DNA of 53,934 nt from Trichoplax sp. H2 (Eukaryota). The DNA is taken from NCBI GenBank assembly GCA_003344405.1, contig NOWV01000164.1, positions 124,001 through 177,934 of the forward strand. The letters are read 5' to 3'. Positions 1 through 15,493 of this stretch are shown piece by piece (the stretch's first letter is position 1; every line of letters begins with the position of its first letter). The translations under genes were made by a program, and so were the position numbers. The notes below the pieces were generated by a model that ran no database searches, was not told where the DNA came from, and saw only the letters and a list, made by a program, of their open reading frames with translations.

Positions 1-2365
1 AGGTACTAGCTTGACTTTAAAAATTGCCTTTATTTGATTATGACCCTTGATTTGAATGTACTAATATACCTTTTATATATGAAACACTTTAGAAAGAAGC
101 TGTACAAAGTCGTGTTTATAAATCGTTAAAGTTATGGATGTTTTATGCAGACTTGGAAGAAAGCCTCGGAACGTTTGATGTATGCGTCTAATATTGTTGT
201 ATCTTGTATGTATGATGCTTCCTGTAAACGTAATATCCTGATATATCTATCAATACGATAGTCTACGAAAGCTGTTTACAACAGGATCATTGATCTAAGG
301 ATAGCCAATCCTCAAACTATTATAAACTTTGCAATGTTCTTGGAAGAAAATCATTATTTTGAAGAAGCTTTCAAGGTATGTCTATTGTACTGTAATCAAA
401 TTTTAAATCTTTAACTGACCATTCACTATGAAATCACTATAATGAACAGGCTTATGAACGGGGTATTGCGTTATTTAACTGGCCTCACGTATATGACATT
501 TGGTTGACGTACTTAAAAAAGTTTATAGCTCGCTATGTAAGGAATTATGAACTTTGCTATGTTTAACTAATATCAAACTAATTATGTATTAAGTATATCA
601 ATTTTATATCTAATTTTTATGATAGGGCGGCAAAAAATTAGAACGATCAAGAGATTTATTTGAGAACGCTCTTGATAATTGTCCATCGAAATTTGCTAAA
701 AGTATATCTTATATTTGACATTCGCTAAAAATTTACTTATCTAATGTATGTATAAAATTTGGCGTAACCTAATTGATATTAACGACAATTCCAGCGTTAT
801 ACTTGCTATACGCAAAGTTAGAAGAAGAATATGGGCTAGCCCGCCATGCTATGGCTGTTTATGAACGAGCTGCAAGTGCTGTTTTACCAAATGAAAAATT
901 TGAGGTTTGTACTAGCGGTAGACCATCATCTTGGAAAGGTCGTTACGGTTGTGATGTACGTATTTCTAAGTGTTTTTCTTTTTATTCTTTGTAGATGTTT
1001 AATATCTACATTAGCCGCGCAGCTGATGTATTTGGATTGCCATATACGCGCCAGATATATGAACGTGCAATTGAATCTCTGCCGGATGATAGTACTAGAG
1101 AAATGTGTATGCGTTTTGCGGATCTAGAGTCGAAGTTAGGCGAAATCGATCGGGCTAGAGCAATTTATGGCTATTGTTCGCAGCTTTGTGATCCGAGGGT
1201 AATTTTGTATATGTACTTTTGAACTGTTCTTTATTAGCGTAAAGCGTTAAGGTAAAATGAAATTTCTATCTTGTGTATGATGCAGAAAGAGGCATCATTC
1301 TGGAAAACTTGGCATGACTTTGAAGTACGTCATGGCAATGAAGATACCTTCCGTGAAATGCTACGCATTAAACGTAGCATACAGGCTAAATTTAACACTA
1401 AGGTATGTTTTGCTTGAATTACTAGATTAGAAAGAAATTGGAAGCTCTTAAAAATCTGTAGTAATAGAAATTTTAGTGGAAACCGCACAGGTAAATTTAT
1501 ACTATTCATTGTCCTAGATAAACTACATGACAGCCCAAATGCTTCCGGGATCAGAGTCTAGTGGAGGTATGTAATTTAAATTTTTGACACATTATACAAG
1601 TGTTGAGGTAATTAAATATTGCTTTCTATGTATAACAAAAAATAGCTGATCCAGGTAGTGACGATATGAAAAAACTTGAAGAACGTGCGAAAGCAATCAT
1701 TGAAGAAGCTAAACAAGATCAACCTAAAGTTGGTAAACGGGATATTTTATTTATCAGGTAAAATTTTATTAAATAATTCACAATGATCAATGCTTATGTG
1801 TACTGTAACAACCATGTTTTGTTAATAAAAAGATCGTCTAACTCACTCTTTCAATATTACTTTATTTTATAGGGGCGATACAACTCAGGAAGAATCAAAA
1901 GAGGCAGTTATGGCATCTAACCCGGAAGAAATTGATATAGACGATGACGATGATGATGATGATAATGATAATGATGTAGAAAAAGTGCCTGCACCCGGTA
2001 TGACCTTGATAAGGACATCTATGTTCTGTGTACCATATACGCATGCCTAATATTTAAATATTAACTTTTCATATCCGCAAATTACAGAAGTCACCTTGGA
2101 AGAAAGGATGGTTCCAAGTGAGGTACGATTATTACTCACTAATGTGTTTGAATTAAAGTTACGATTTATTTATTGAGTGACAAGAGCAACGTATATATTT
2201 AAATTATCGTACCGGTGATATTTTATCTTCAATTTTATATATTTGTGACATTTGAATTGTACAAATATTAAAATTAAGTCCGTATGATTTTAATTTCTAT
2301 AGGTATTCGGTAGTATTCCGGAAGAAAAGCAACTTGAAGTTCGATCTCACGCTAGACAAAGTTAG
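1..2365 (+). CDS. XAB2: Pre-mRNA splicing factor SYF1/XAB2 (HAT-repeat protein), 3' part, multi-exon; 5' end outside the window
   Basis: Approximate GT-AG exons: 93-179, 262-375, 450-536, 626-701, 795-904, 995-1198, 1286-1402, 1518-1566, 1645-1757, 1873-1997, 2088-2122, 2303-2365. They translate to VQSRVYKSLKLWMFYADLEESLGTFD-STKAVYNRIIDLRIANPQ...AYERGIALFNWPHVYDIWLTYL...GGKKLERSRDLFE...LYAKLEEEYGLARHAMAVYERA...FADLESKLGEIDRARAIY...FEVRHGNEDTFREMLRIKRS...NPEEIDIDDDD. These are hallmark SYF1 sequences. Confidence 0.96.
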
Positions 2366-3180
2366 CGTTGTCGTGCATCTATTCTACCCGTCTAGGCTAT
2401 TTTTTATAATATTAGATTCTTACGACTATTTAAGGAGTTTATGCATAATTCATGAATGTTATCACGCGATCATAAAATCGGCTAGTTACGTGGCGTATTT
2501 AAAAAATTTTCTCTTCTACATTGTGAAGTGATCATGTAAATTTGCTACTACCATTACCATCAATCGGATTTTTAGTATATTAAACTTGTTATCAACGATA
2601 TTAAAATTTGTTGTCAGGTATTTAAAAATAATGCTATTTCTCGTACAAGATGTACATGAGTAAGATATTATTACGGATAACATTGTCCTTATATTAATAG
2701 CACGTTACGCATTGTATATTTCAAACATCGATTAGAATATAAAATAGATGTAGTATTTACTGTTTACAATAAAGACAATTAAATCAATGCCGTTGAGAAC
2801 AATGAACATAAATCTGGATTATTTTTTATTGATGAAGAATGGTGGCGAAAATATCAGTCTATCGCTTTAACTAGAGTCAATAGATATTATTATAAAAATT
2901 TGACAACACCAACTATTAAATTGAAACCTGAATGAATAGACTGAAAGATGTATAGAATTTTGTAGGATTTCAATAATTCAATAAGTACTATATTAACCGA
3001 GATATTGGTATGCAAGTATAACAGCTAGTTAAAAAATTATCGTAAATTATTAGATATAATTATGTGTGGATATATATATGGAACGATTACATACTATTGA
3101 GCAAAAGTTGAAAATATTTACTATATTGTGATTGTAATTGTACAAATATTGATTGTTAAACCTTGAGAATGTAAACTAGA

Positions 3181-3194
3181 GTTGCCATAACAAC
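3181..3194. promoter_or_regulatory. X-box-like motif upstream of paralog A
   Basis: GTTGCCATAACAAC, one mismatch to the X-box consensus, about 480 bp upstream of the ATG. Confidence 0.35.
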
Positions 3195-3675
3195 AATTAC
3201 TTCGAGCGTGAGGAATGAAATCTATTACAGCGCAATGTATTAATTGACATCATAACGTCAAGAGTGAAATAGGTCAAGTAACTCCACGTCGCCTTAATAA
3301 CTGTAAACGTGTAGGTTACTTATTTTTAGTACCGCAATTACTGTACTTGAAAATATCCTGGCTTAACTACTATTTTGCTCCTATTCCCTTACACTTGGAA
3401 TTATTTGGAAGTAATCCATTTCCTACGACCAAAATATTCTACTTGATAACACTGATCATCTATTGATTTATTACTCTTTTTCGAGTGTCAATCTAATCGA
3501 TAGACACTTAAAAGTATTTCCTTCTACTGCTGTTAAAATCGAACATACTTTTGATTTACCATCATCAATTTCATGATTCCAAGATAAAAATCGGCCGTTC
3601 ACCATTGAAATCAACAAAACTTAAGAGCACTTGATTACTCAATAAAATTTATACAATCGTAGAGAATCTCTATCC

Positions 3676-6600
3676 ATGTTTCGAAAGAATAGAACATCTA
3701 TCACACCAGAAGATGAGCCACGAGAAGTGCCTGGTAAATTTGGTTCCGTTACTTTTAATGCTATCAAAATGATCAAAGTAAGTCCTCCTACGCGCAGTAA
3801 CCGTAAATGAATTTATGATATAAATATCAATAATAATTAATAACTTATAACTTTCATTCGATTTTTAAATAAATATATGATACAGAATCCCTAATCTGAT
3901 TAATATTAAGGATACTCGAGATTTTTCCAGTCATTACTAAATATTTTCCAATGGAATTCTAAAAGTTGAATCTTTACTCATACAGTTAAAATGAATATCG
4001 GTAATCGACACAGTCATCTTTTACCCTCAGGCGGATAACAGAACTAGTGTATTGGTCATTACATTAAATCTTATCACATTGTACCATATTCCTATCATCA
4101 TTATACTAACATAGTCCTACGGTATAAGCGGATTAAAGGCTTCAAGTTATTGTCAAAAGATAAATGGGTCATAGGTAAAATAGCTAAAAGAAAGCATAAA
4201 ATCGTAATTCTACATCGAAAAGGGCAAAATGATTACATAGTGATAACGTCCCACTTATATGCGATAGCTTTTAAACAATCATATTACCGGAGGACGCGAA
4301 AATTATGCATGTTCTAGAATCTAGACGATTAAGCTATTGGCAATTCGCCCGAGGCAGCTTATGTTGAGATAAATACTTGAAATGATTTGGTAGTAACTTG
4401 AACATTTACGTATATGAATAATTTAATTAAATAATGCTCAACTTGATATTTCGACTTCATTAAGTAATCTAGATGTCGTCGTTAGAAAGCATCAACTATT
4501 AGATTCAAAAAATTAGATCAAAATTTGATCGCCTTCAAATCGATTAATCGACTCAATATCTCGAATATAGAATCATTGTGAATAGATTGTTCTAGAAAGT
4601 ATTGAATAATGGAAGTTTAGGAAATTAATTGTATTAATGTATAATATGCCATTCGGCATGATGCTTCAATTTCGTGAGTATTCTAGGATCTCAATATTAT
4701 CGTCATAACAAAAAAGAGGCTAAAACTAACACTTGAAAAGCAAAGTGTCGGATGTTTTTAATTAAATATTTCGTCTAGTTTTAATAAAGACTATATCTAT
4801 ATGAAGGCTGCATTATGGTTCCTGTGATATATTTAATTAATGACTAAATCTTGTTAATTGAAAGATTAGATCAATTTTTGAAGTCGCCGTAAGAAAAATT
4901 AAATTTTAATTACTCTGCTAAGGACTAATTTCGATTTTATTACTATTTGTAATAGAATTCAAAACATAATTTAAACTGCCCACCGTTTTTATAACGACAG
5001 TACCGGTAATTGATGTTATTACATCCATCTATTAATAGACATTATTGGTTAAATGCTTCAGTAAAGGCTACGCAATGTTTATGATCAAGCTTTAGCCATT
5101 CTGATTCCCAATGTAACACAGGAAATGGAATAAGCGCTGTGTCTAAACAACACCAAAACACGATTATAAAATTAACCTTAGATACAGATTAGAATATTTA
5201 ATTCTTTTAATAACATATCACATAATAGCTTAGGTCCTTCTTGTAGAATTATATTTATGCTCTAGGGTAATTTTAGAATTAGGGCTATAAATTTAACAGC
5301 GAATTCGAGAATAGAAAGGTTAAAAAATCATAGACTCAGGCTTTATTCTTTAGGCTCTGAATAACTTGAGCTTTGCAGTAAATAAAATATTTATATTATA
5401 TTTATTTTATGGTCAAGAAAGTGTACTAGAGGAATTTTAAAATTAAAACCTTAAAAATTTAATGGATAGACTTACTGATAGAAAGTCAAAACTACAAGCA
5501 AGAGTTTAATTCTTATATGAAGTACCAAAAACTTTCTAGTTAGCGATATCCTGTGAAAGAATTTTACACTAGAGCCTAGGCCATCTCAAACGGTCCAAAT
5601 TATGTTACCTTTTATGAATTTTTTACGTAATGAATAAGCCCAAACCCGATTCAAATAAAGCTTGTCATTAATTCTTATTTGTTTTTAAATATTATACTGT
5701 AATGTAATATAGAGGCCTTGATTGTCTAGCTCTCGCTGAATTTTAAAGTCAATAATTTATGAGACGTAGGATTTTAACTTCGAGAATGGAAACATTTTAA
5801 TATTGTATAATGAGAGTAGGCATATACTTACACTTACAATCTAGATATAAGCTAAATCATCGGCTATGCAACCCATGTCATATGCTCTTTCTACACACAT
5901 CATGTTGAAATTGCACGATAAATGTGAATTAGAAGAATCTTATTCTCAAGAATTATAGATATTTATCTTACTCTATAAAACCAAATCCTAATATCCAATT
6001 TTAAGCACAATATTAGTAGTCTAATCTTTACGTTCGCTCGTTAGTTAATAATATTCAAGATTCGCCAACTTCAAATTATTAACACCGTTGAATTTTTTTC
6101 TTTAGAATGGAAATACATTTTTTAAACAATATGAAGAAAAATATAATTCCACTGTTTTCCGAGTCTACGCCGGCGCTAAAGTTGTGGCTCTATTAGATAA
6201 CATAGCCATACAAACCTTATTTGATCACGATAGCGTAAGTTAAAATAAGAAATGTCTCTATTATATAGAAATATGTTGCAATTTAAGAAAGATACGTTAA
6301 TTTTCTTTAATATTATCGATTTCATAAAGTATAGTAGTAGAGTAGAGAATCTAAATACAATAGAGGTAACGATTATAACATATATGATTCTAGTAATGCA
6401 AAATAAAGTAAACTAGAATAATAATGTAATCATAAACATAAACAAACGTTATATATCGTCCTAATTCCTCATAGAAGATGTGTAGTTTATCGGTTATAGT
6501 TAAGGTCGATTATAGAACACCGTTTAATATCTTTATATTTTACTACTAATCAGCTTTAGTAAATTCAACTGTAGAATGCAGCACATAAACATAACATTTC

Positions 6601-9600
6601 TAAGGATATACTGTAGGCGCAGATCTAATTGGATTCAGGAACACTAGCTAAAGTAGAGTAGCATTTTAATCTTTATTTACGCTATTGCCAGTATCATTTT
6701 AATTTCTTAAATAAATGTAATAGTCCGATAGTAAATATCGTACATGGAATGTCATTAGCATGGTAATTGATCTAATAATCATGACTTTGCTTCATTTGAC
6801 AGCGTAAGCAATACTTCATACAGTAGTAGGCTAGTATGGTAGCATTCTATGCTATCTTACGTTCACTTTTTCAGGAAAGGAGGTATTGTCCATTTAGTTT
6901 TAGTAAGGTCAATTTTAAAGCTCTAAGCAATGCTTTATACAGCAGTAGCCTAGTAGGGTAGCATTACATGCTACATTATGTTCATTTTTTAGAAATGAGG
7001 TATACTCCATTCAATTTTAGTAAGATCTATTACAGCGATCTGCAAATATACGTAGCTCTGAGAAGTAATTTCTACCTCTAAATTGTTTTAGATTTCAAAA
7101 GAAGATGGTTTTGGTAAAGTGCGACTCAATTTCGATTTAATGGCTAATATTAGACCATCAATATTCTCCAACGATCAATCACATATTCGTAGAAAACGAT
7201 TTATAATGCAAATTCTTCGCCATATTCCAGCTAACTACATGATCAAGATTGCAGATAAAATTATACGTCGACACTTCGAAGCTTGGAGCAATAAATACTC
7301 ATATTCGCATCGAGGTAATCCGTTAACTTTGATTTGTGTCGTTAAGAAACAATATAAATCCATCTAATATAGCTATAACCAGCAATTCATTTTTAGACCT
7401 CGCTTTCAACTAGAGAAATAATACTATACTTTATTCTTAGTCTTATCTAATATTTATTAGTTACGGCTAACTAATATTTAATTTTGTAATATACAGCATA
7501 GCTCTCATAAATATTCTCTAGGAAACTAATCTGTAGAAAGGACTAATGTCGTAAAATCTAGCTTAAGTCTTCCGTTAATCTAACGCAGCTTAATTTTGTT
7601 TGATCTTAACATAGAGAATAGTGTAGCAGGAGATTTTGAAAGTGAAATACAAGAAGTTTGTAGTGATATAATTACTACTTTATTCCTTGGATCGAAAGGG
7701 AATGTGGCTGCTCTACAAAATTGGATCTCCGGTATATTTGAAAGATCGAGGTAAATTGTGTAGGCTACAATAAGACATCATTTAGATTAAACCGGTCTAT
7801 AATGTAGATAGCCTATCCTACCAAATTTGCACGAATTGCACAAAACCTTTATAAGCTTAGCAATAAGACTACGACAGGTTTAAAAACGTTAATGTTGAAA
7901 TCATAATAAATAATTAAAATGATAATTTCGAGTACCACTAACGATATATGATCACATGTTAGTATTAATGATGATGAGTAACTGGATAATTATACAGTAT
8001 TACTACAATACTATTTACGTAAGTAAGTTTAGCATTTAAATAATTCTATATCGCTTTCATACTATACGCATAGAGTGACAATTTATCAATAATAAAAGAA
8101 TCAGAAATAAGAAAAAAATACCCGATAGAAATCACAAATTTGATACATAGTTTTTTAATATTACATAAATCGGTGCGCTATTATTATATCCGTGACTTTT
8201 AACATTATTAGACGACTTGGATTGATGAAAACAAAAAGTTACGTTAATGCTTATATTGGATATCAAGAGATGATGAAACATATTGAGAGAGCACCCACTT
8301 TAAAGAAAATAGTCCAAATTGCTGGAGAACATTCATTAGATGTTGAAGACGCCAAACACAATCTTTTATTTGCCATGGTGTAAGTAAAGTTATGGCTCAC
8401 AAAATTTTATTTAATGGTCCATATCGAATGGCTGTTATTTGATATAGTTACATCTAGTGTTAGAATATGAACAGGATCTAACCAGTAATATCTTACTAAA
8501 TAATATTATTTACTTTGCAGTTTCAATGCCTATGGAGGTTGCAATTGCGTTATAAGAACATGTGCAGCGCGCATAGCATTACTAAAAGAAGCTGAAAGAG
8601 AACGGTTAATTGCCGAAATTAAGCTCCGACTGGAAAATCACGATGGTTTATCGGCGAATTCTCTGTATCAAATGCGAACTTTAGAATCATTTGTTCTGGA
8701 GGTAAAGCAGTAGAATACTTTATATTACGATATCCCTAGATCAATAATCATATGTAAACTTTACCACAATTTTCAGATATCAGTTAAACTTTTCATGTCA
8801 TATATTCTAAAAAAATTTCAAGTCTTTCAAGTATAACAGTGAAATATGTTAACGAAAGTTTTGACTTTATGACTTGTCTCAGCAACGCATTACTATAAAT
8901 AATCTGATTTACATTATAAATTAATAATTAATTCTATAAAATGCCCTCGAGATTCCCGATATAATTTCGATAAAGATATCATCTTCAAGGAGATACAAGA
9001 TTAATTAAATATTTCTTTGATAGGCGTAGCCCTATCTTGATTCATATCGTAATATTATAATTAATTTCATGGAGAATAGAGTTAAACTTGCACTATAGGT
9101 ACAAATTTTCTGCGATAATTAATCCATTTCTATAAAGAATTTTGGTAAAACGATGTTTTGGTATACAATGCACATATTTTTATTTACATAGAAAAACACC
9201 TAGTCACCTAGCTTAAAGAAGCAACTCCCTTGATATTTTATTGCCTAGCGAAATTAAGATGGACTTTTAGTAATTTAATTAATGATTTCTCTCGTAGAGC
9301 GTAGCCACAATTTCTTCGGGCTTCAGTCCATTTCTGGCAATACCAGACAAAATTATGCCTTGTATCTTGACCTATGTAATAGAGTAATCGAAACTCATAT
9401 TTAGCGCATCATCTAGTTTATAGTAGCAATTTTCTAAAATCTTGATACCCTAGAAGAATTAATGCACCTATTTAATAGTTCCAGATTTGGAATTATCATA
9501 AATCTTCACCCAGATATCATTCAATTAGCAGCTAAAAATTTCTTAAGTGTCCCAGTATTAAGATACAATACTTTAATAATCACAAATTTAGTCTGATTTA

Positions 9601-11193
9601 TAAAGATTATAAGGTACTGACTACTAGATAATAGCAAAAATTACACATACACGTACTGCATATGCAATTATGAATATCAAAAACTAATTCTTGATATTAT
9701 CAGGCGATTTTATTCTAAATATTAAATATCTTATGGAGTAATGGACATTAAATCTATTTCTTATTTATAGGTATTACGTACTTCACCTCCTATTTCTATG
9801 ATATTTGGCCGTACAAAGTAAGTTTTTTCGTTTTAATAAACTTTGAGTAAGTACTTGTATAAGAAGAAAGTACTTGAGAAAGCGATAGTGATAGCTATCG
9901 CGAAATAGTGACTAGACTTACAATTTGAATAATACCGATCAAGAAACTAGATAGGTGCAAATTCCAATTTAGTTTTAGCCATAATAATATATTGTAAAAA
10001 ACAGGATAGACATTTTTTTACATCTAGATAACTTGATAGCATGATAAATTAGAAATTAATTTTGGCATTAAAATTGAAATATCTATTCAACGTTTATTGT
10101 GTAACTAGGCGAGATTTGGTTATCTATTCATCATCAGGCAAATTTAAAGTGGTTAAAGGACAATTATTAGCTGGTAGTATTTATTCAGCACATCGTGATC
10201 CGACCATATTTAAAAATCCTGAAGAATTTAGACCGTTCCGATTTATAGAAGAACCGGTAATTTTATCAGATTTCGATTTATTTACCCTAATTCATTACAT
10301 TTCGAAATATCTTTAGCTTACAGTTATAATGCTTTCATAACCATTTAAAAATTGATAAATATAATACGCAACTAGGCATTGAAACAAAACATTGTGTGGG
10401 AAGCAGGACCTTATACTGTTAACGCTACTGAAGATAGTCATCAGTGTCCTGGCAAGGTAAGTCAAAATATAGCTATGAGTTGTACTATCTGTGCTATATA
10501 AAAACGTACTAGTATTAAAGATGAAAATATTACTTTCATCTTTTACTAAATTCTGTATCTAATATTCGTTAGGGAATTGCCATCCCTTTGATCGAAGTTT
10601 TCTGTCTATATCTACTACTACACTGCCAGTATACATTGAATAAAGAGCCAATTTGGACAGGCAAAAAGTATATCAATAATACCTAAAAAACTCTTAATAT
10701 CTTCTAAATATCACCCTAAAACTCTCTTATTATATATATTTTAGATAAAAAAGGGAAATAGTTCACAATTAATTCACCTTTTTTAACATTATATTAATTC
10801 TGGATTAATCTACGGATTATCCATGATATTTATTCCCCATCTTTCTACTATAGTATTTATTTGCTTAAATACTAAGATGACTTCCATCAGCATCTAAATG
10901 TGCAGTACAATATTAATATTTTCTATTATCGATGAGTATCTCAAGTAATTCATGGTTAATCTAATTATCATTAATATCAGTTCATGAATACTGGACTATT
11001 TCTTAAAAGATCTAAAAATAAAGCATTACCAGTATCAAGCTAATATGAATATTATCGGTTTTATCCTTTATTATTTAAACGATTACCGCTATTATTAATC
11101 CCTGCTTTGGATGTTTCTAGATCTAGTCGAAGTGGCTGTCCTGACGAACCTATCAGTCTGAAACAGTTCTCCTTTCAACCAGCTAAGGTATAA
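3676..11193 (+). CDS. CYP74-clan cytochrome P450, paralog A (~460 aa; AOS/EAS/HPL-like)
   Basis: Exons 3676-3777, 6106-6234, 7092-7314, 7615-7750, 8212-8379, 8521-8701, 9771-9817, 10109-10256, 10376-10456, 10573-10667, 11121-11193 join in frame. Motifs: EVPGKFG; FFKQYEEKYNSTVFRV...VALLD; I-helix HNLLFAMVFNAYGG; ExxR EVLRTSPP; HRDPTIFKNPEEFRPFRF; heme loop with the CYP74-type insertion WEAGPYTVNATEDSHQCPGK (Cys codon 10445-10447). A 12th exon is possible if the GT at 11188 is used. Confidence 0.93.
6805..7028. repeat. ~120-bp diverged tandem duplication in intron 2 of paralog A
   Basis: TAAGCAATrCTTyATACAGyAGTAGsCTAGTA...TTTTAGTAAGrTC occurs at ~6805 and ~6925. Confidence 0.85.
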
Positions 11194-14100
11194 GCTGATT
11201 AAATTAGATTTTTCTTGCATAGAAGGCCTTGTAAATATTTCGTTATGCATCACTATGGTATGTTCACTTATAAAGGCACGTGACAAGCAATATACCACAT
11301 TGTCTAGTCTAATGTAATGACATGCATAAAAAGTAATTCAGTCTACTAGACTTCGTTATAGTATCATTTAAGATGATAATTCCAGTATTTACTAAGCAGC
11401 TATAGATGACTAAGATGTAAATAGATAATACGATCTAATCAACTTTATTCGATAACTATAAGTTTAAATATTATTCACCCTCATAATCGGTGAGAAAAAA
11501 AATTAATCTATACGTAGAGCTAATCTTGATTATATTTTATAACAATAAATTGAAAAATTCGAATCTATTCCACTCACTAACTAAAAATTTAAAAGTATTG
11601 TCTACTCTAATAGCAAATTAAAGATTGATTAGCCTAGGCTACTCCAGATTCTAATACACTATCTTGCTTTTCAATTTCTAGTTTTCCGTTAATCTACCAA
11701 CACATGTCTTGGATTCTTTTAATTTATTAGGCCCAGATACTACTTTTGATGCAGTAGCTCACTAAGTATTAATCACAATACTTTATAAATAAGCTTTTCT
11801 TCAGACTATCTATTAATAATTTTACAAGTTCAAATAGATTTTTATTCATGAATAACTACTCCTTAAGTAAAAAATCGAGATTCCGATAGATAGGATATAT
11901 TTGATTTGCGTTTAAGGCCGATATTAAATTATTTTTATGATATGTAACTCTTTAAACATGATTCTACGGTCTAGAATGAATTTCTTGCTCAGAAATAATA
12001 TCTAGTAAGAGCAGATAATTTAATAACAAAAGAGTATTGGTGGTTTAACTTCATTTTATATTCATCATGATGAGATAGATGATATTTCATATTTTAATGT
12101 GTTGAATAGCATTATCTAAGGTTAGAAACCATTTTTGCACTTGTGATATTTGTACACCATCTGCAAACAGATAATGTAAAATTGATAAATACTATTTTAG
12201 CTTTTAATTAGAGACGATTTAATATTATTATGAAGTAAAACTGGTTACTGATCTTCATAATTGACTTATATTTGATTAGTAGCTATGTCAATTATAATTG
12301 GATCTAAGTCATCTCACAGTATAAATTGATTGCACTATGTTGCATGAAATTATAAATTTTTGCACAAAAAAATTTATGAAAATGATAAAAATTCAATATC
12401 AGTCCGGTCTAATACCGCTTTGAAATTAAACGGTGACCAAGAGTAAATTCAAAATAAAAGATGTGTGTTACATCATATACAGTATAGGCACCTAGACAGG
12501 ATTAAACCTTATTCTGAGTGAAAACTAAGGCATATTTCCGGTTTTACATGGAATTTAGCTATTTAAAATTATAGCAATATTTATCTTGGTTTATCATTAG
12601 TTGGCATAATGATAGGTAATATTATATTAAGATTTCATAGAGCTCAAATTTTTATAAATTTCTTATCATGCGTATAGATAACTATAATTTCAATTATTAC
12701 ATGCATTTATAACCTGATTGGTTAGGTTATGGACATGTAAAGTAGTCCGTTATTACAAAATATAAGATAAATAAATCTTATTATCAGATTTCTTACTGTC
12801 ATATGTATCACTAAGTAATCATTTGAAAGATAAGTAAATCAGTTACGTTGTGATACATTAGTACACTTGACGCATTAAGGTCTGCAGTATATTCTCATTA
12901 TATTGATATGCATGTATAGTATATGATAATACAAATTAATTGTATACGTATTACAATTATTAACAGGTTGGTAAGAAATGTGTTACCTTTGATATTTTTA
13001 TGAAAGGACAGCAAAGCTAAATATGTTAAAAAATTTCAATCCCTTATGTAAAGAACGAAGTATTAATAAAATATTACGGTAAATAAACTAGATAAATCTA
13101 TTCAGCTTCATATAATATTTCTGCAACACTACAAATAATAAAGAACATATACAGTAATAAATTTAGTGCTATATTACTTCTTAAGCTTTATATCAGGTCA
13201 AATACTGTATAAGAAGTACTATCTAAGATAGAATTATGTAGTCAATTACAATGTCCATAAAGAATTGATGCCTATCTATTTTACTCTAACCAAAGATAAA
13301 CAATTAGGCTAGGGTACTATTTGTTCCATCTATGATGACAATACATGCCAATGATCGAAAGTATAGCCTATATGCATAACATATAAACTTACTACCTAAG
13401 CTATTCATCCTTGAATACGCGATTTACTAAATTGACTAATGTATCTTCAGACTAAAGGCATAAATAACTTCGTTTCTATTATCACGTGCTATCATAATCA
13501 TTATAATTAAAATATTAATTGACGCATTTATGACGTATTACTATAACTTTCGATCATACATAACTGTATCCTGCAGCGAATTCTTTACTGATCTACTATT
13601 GATAAACAAATGCATAGACTACAGAAGCCATAATCATTTGATTAACATGTAAATGTCCAGATAAACCATAACAACTGTTTTTTTCTCGTTTATATTGATT
13701 AAAGTTAGAACTTATACTAGTAAGGCTGTTGCTATGGATCTAAACCGCTACGAATTATTTAATGTCGCCTTTGATACTATATATTTTTTTAAAACATATT
13801 ACCGTATATCTAACGATATGAATTCTTTATAGATGGGTTATTAATAAATACTTCATATTAACGACAATCATTAAATATACTCATAAACATCTGGTAGTTT
13901 TAGAATCAGCTTTCCTATATCGGGTACCAATCGAAAGCTATAATTCAACATTAATAAAACTTGTTACAACAGTTACGTCAATATTTGGCTATAATTTTTA
14001 CTCTAGTATCATATTACTAATTTATTTAATCTCGAATTTTACTATAATTTTACGTTCAAAACTTGACATTTTAATTAACAATGAACTACAATTTTATCCT

Positions 14101-15479
14101 GGAACTGTATCTACTCTGCTTGTCTAATTCTAATTTAACAGATGCTATAATTTTTTCATCTATAACTTTATAGCAATATAAAAAAGTGGAATACTTCTCT
14201 GTATATGTATGGTTACATAAAACTAATACTAAGAAATAGATGAAATTTAAAATTACAACGTATTTCTGATATCTAATTCTGTACTGCATATATGAGTATA
14301 TCGATGCTTAGTATTTGTCATATACTTTCATACCTAAACGTTCCTAAACATCCTATTCTATACTCTAATGATGGAGTAATAGTCTTTTACTGTTATAATA
14401 ACTATAAAACTATGCTAATCGTAACACCTACAATGTTCTGCGCGATCCTATCTATTCTAATAGAAATCATCATAATTTCAAAACATTGTAAAATATCTTT
14501 AATTATAAATACGAGATACGTAATAATGCAGTAGCAATTTTAAATCATATTCCGGTAGTATAGATGTGATATACTGTATACCGATCACGAAATTCCAAAT
14601 TTTAGAAAAATAAGGGCTTTATTGAATCTTTGACAAAGATTAACTACACACAGCTCTACTCTAACCGAATACTACTACTAAAGATTTCTAGAACGAACTA
14701 ACAGAATAATCTAAAGTTGCATGCTTTTATACTTTTCGTAGTACTCGCAGCTACAATCTGCATGACAACCTTTTACCTTATTTTGCACATAGTAAAATTT
14801 TTCTTAGTAACACTATTCTACTGCAGACCATCATTAATCCGATATGGATACGACTACAGTACTTACGTAGACATTATTCACACCAGCCAAAGTACAATGA
14901 ATTAACCATATCCTAATATATGATTTACAGTTCTATTTTTACCTATAACCTTATTAGTAACTCAACACCTTACTGTATATAGTCATCTATACTCTAGCAT
15001 AGAGTCTATACCACTACAGTCTATAGTTTTGGCTACCAAATATCTCTTAGGATAAATATCTACCGTACATTATACTAAACATGGCTAACAGTCTACATCA
15101 CAATATTAAGTTACATTACAATAGTATATCGCAATTACCTTTGTATTTAAATTATAATAATTTTTAAATCACGATGTTTATATTTGGTGCACCCTTTATC
15201 CATGATCTGAATTATTTATAGCACTATATAGCCTATACGCATATCATGGGCCTATGTAGGATCCTTATCGACAATATGTTATTATGATACGGCTAAATAA
15301 TACCAGATTGAGTAGTAGATTAATAATAATTATAGGCAACAAATTATTCGAATTTCTTCAGAATCGTATGATAGAATGGACATGAATAATAATGAATTCA
15401 TGACGAAAGAATTTACCGGTTGTTTAGTTTGGTCGAATCAGCCTATGATTAAAAAAAATAGCTCATTGTCGTCGACTAG

Positions 15480-15493
15480 GTTACCATAGCAAC
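15480..15493. promoter_or_regulatory. RFX X-box motif upstream of paralog B
   Basis: GTTACCATAGCAAC matches the X-box consensus GTYNCY-AT-RGNAAC, about 310 bp upstream of the ATG. A palindromic double CCAAT (ATTGGCCAAT) lies at 15529-15538. Confidence 0.55.

Noticed and set aside
1933-1976. (GAT)n microsatellite
   Set aside because: It simply encodes the normal acidic tail of SYF1/XAB2.
11188-11234. Extra terminal exon of paralog A at 11223 (KAL*)
   Set aside because: It would need a 35-nt intron, much shorter than any other here. Read-through to TAA at 11193 is simpler, though not proven.
14086-14905. Short hydrophobic I/L/Y/F-rich ORFs between paralogs A and B
   Set aside because: Their composition is what AT-rich noncoding DNA yields by chance. 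No splice or domain support.
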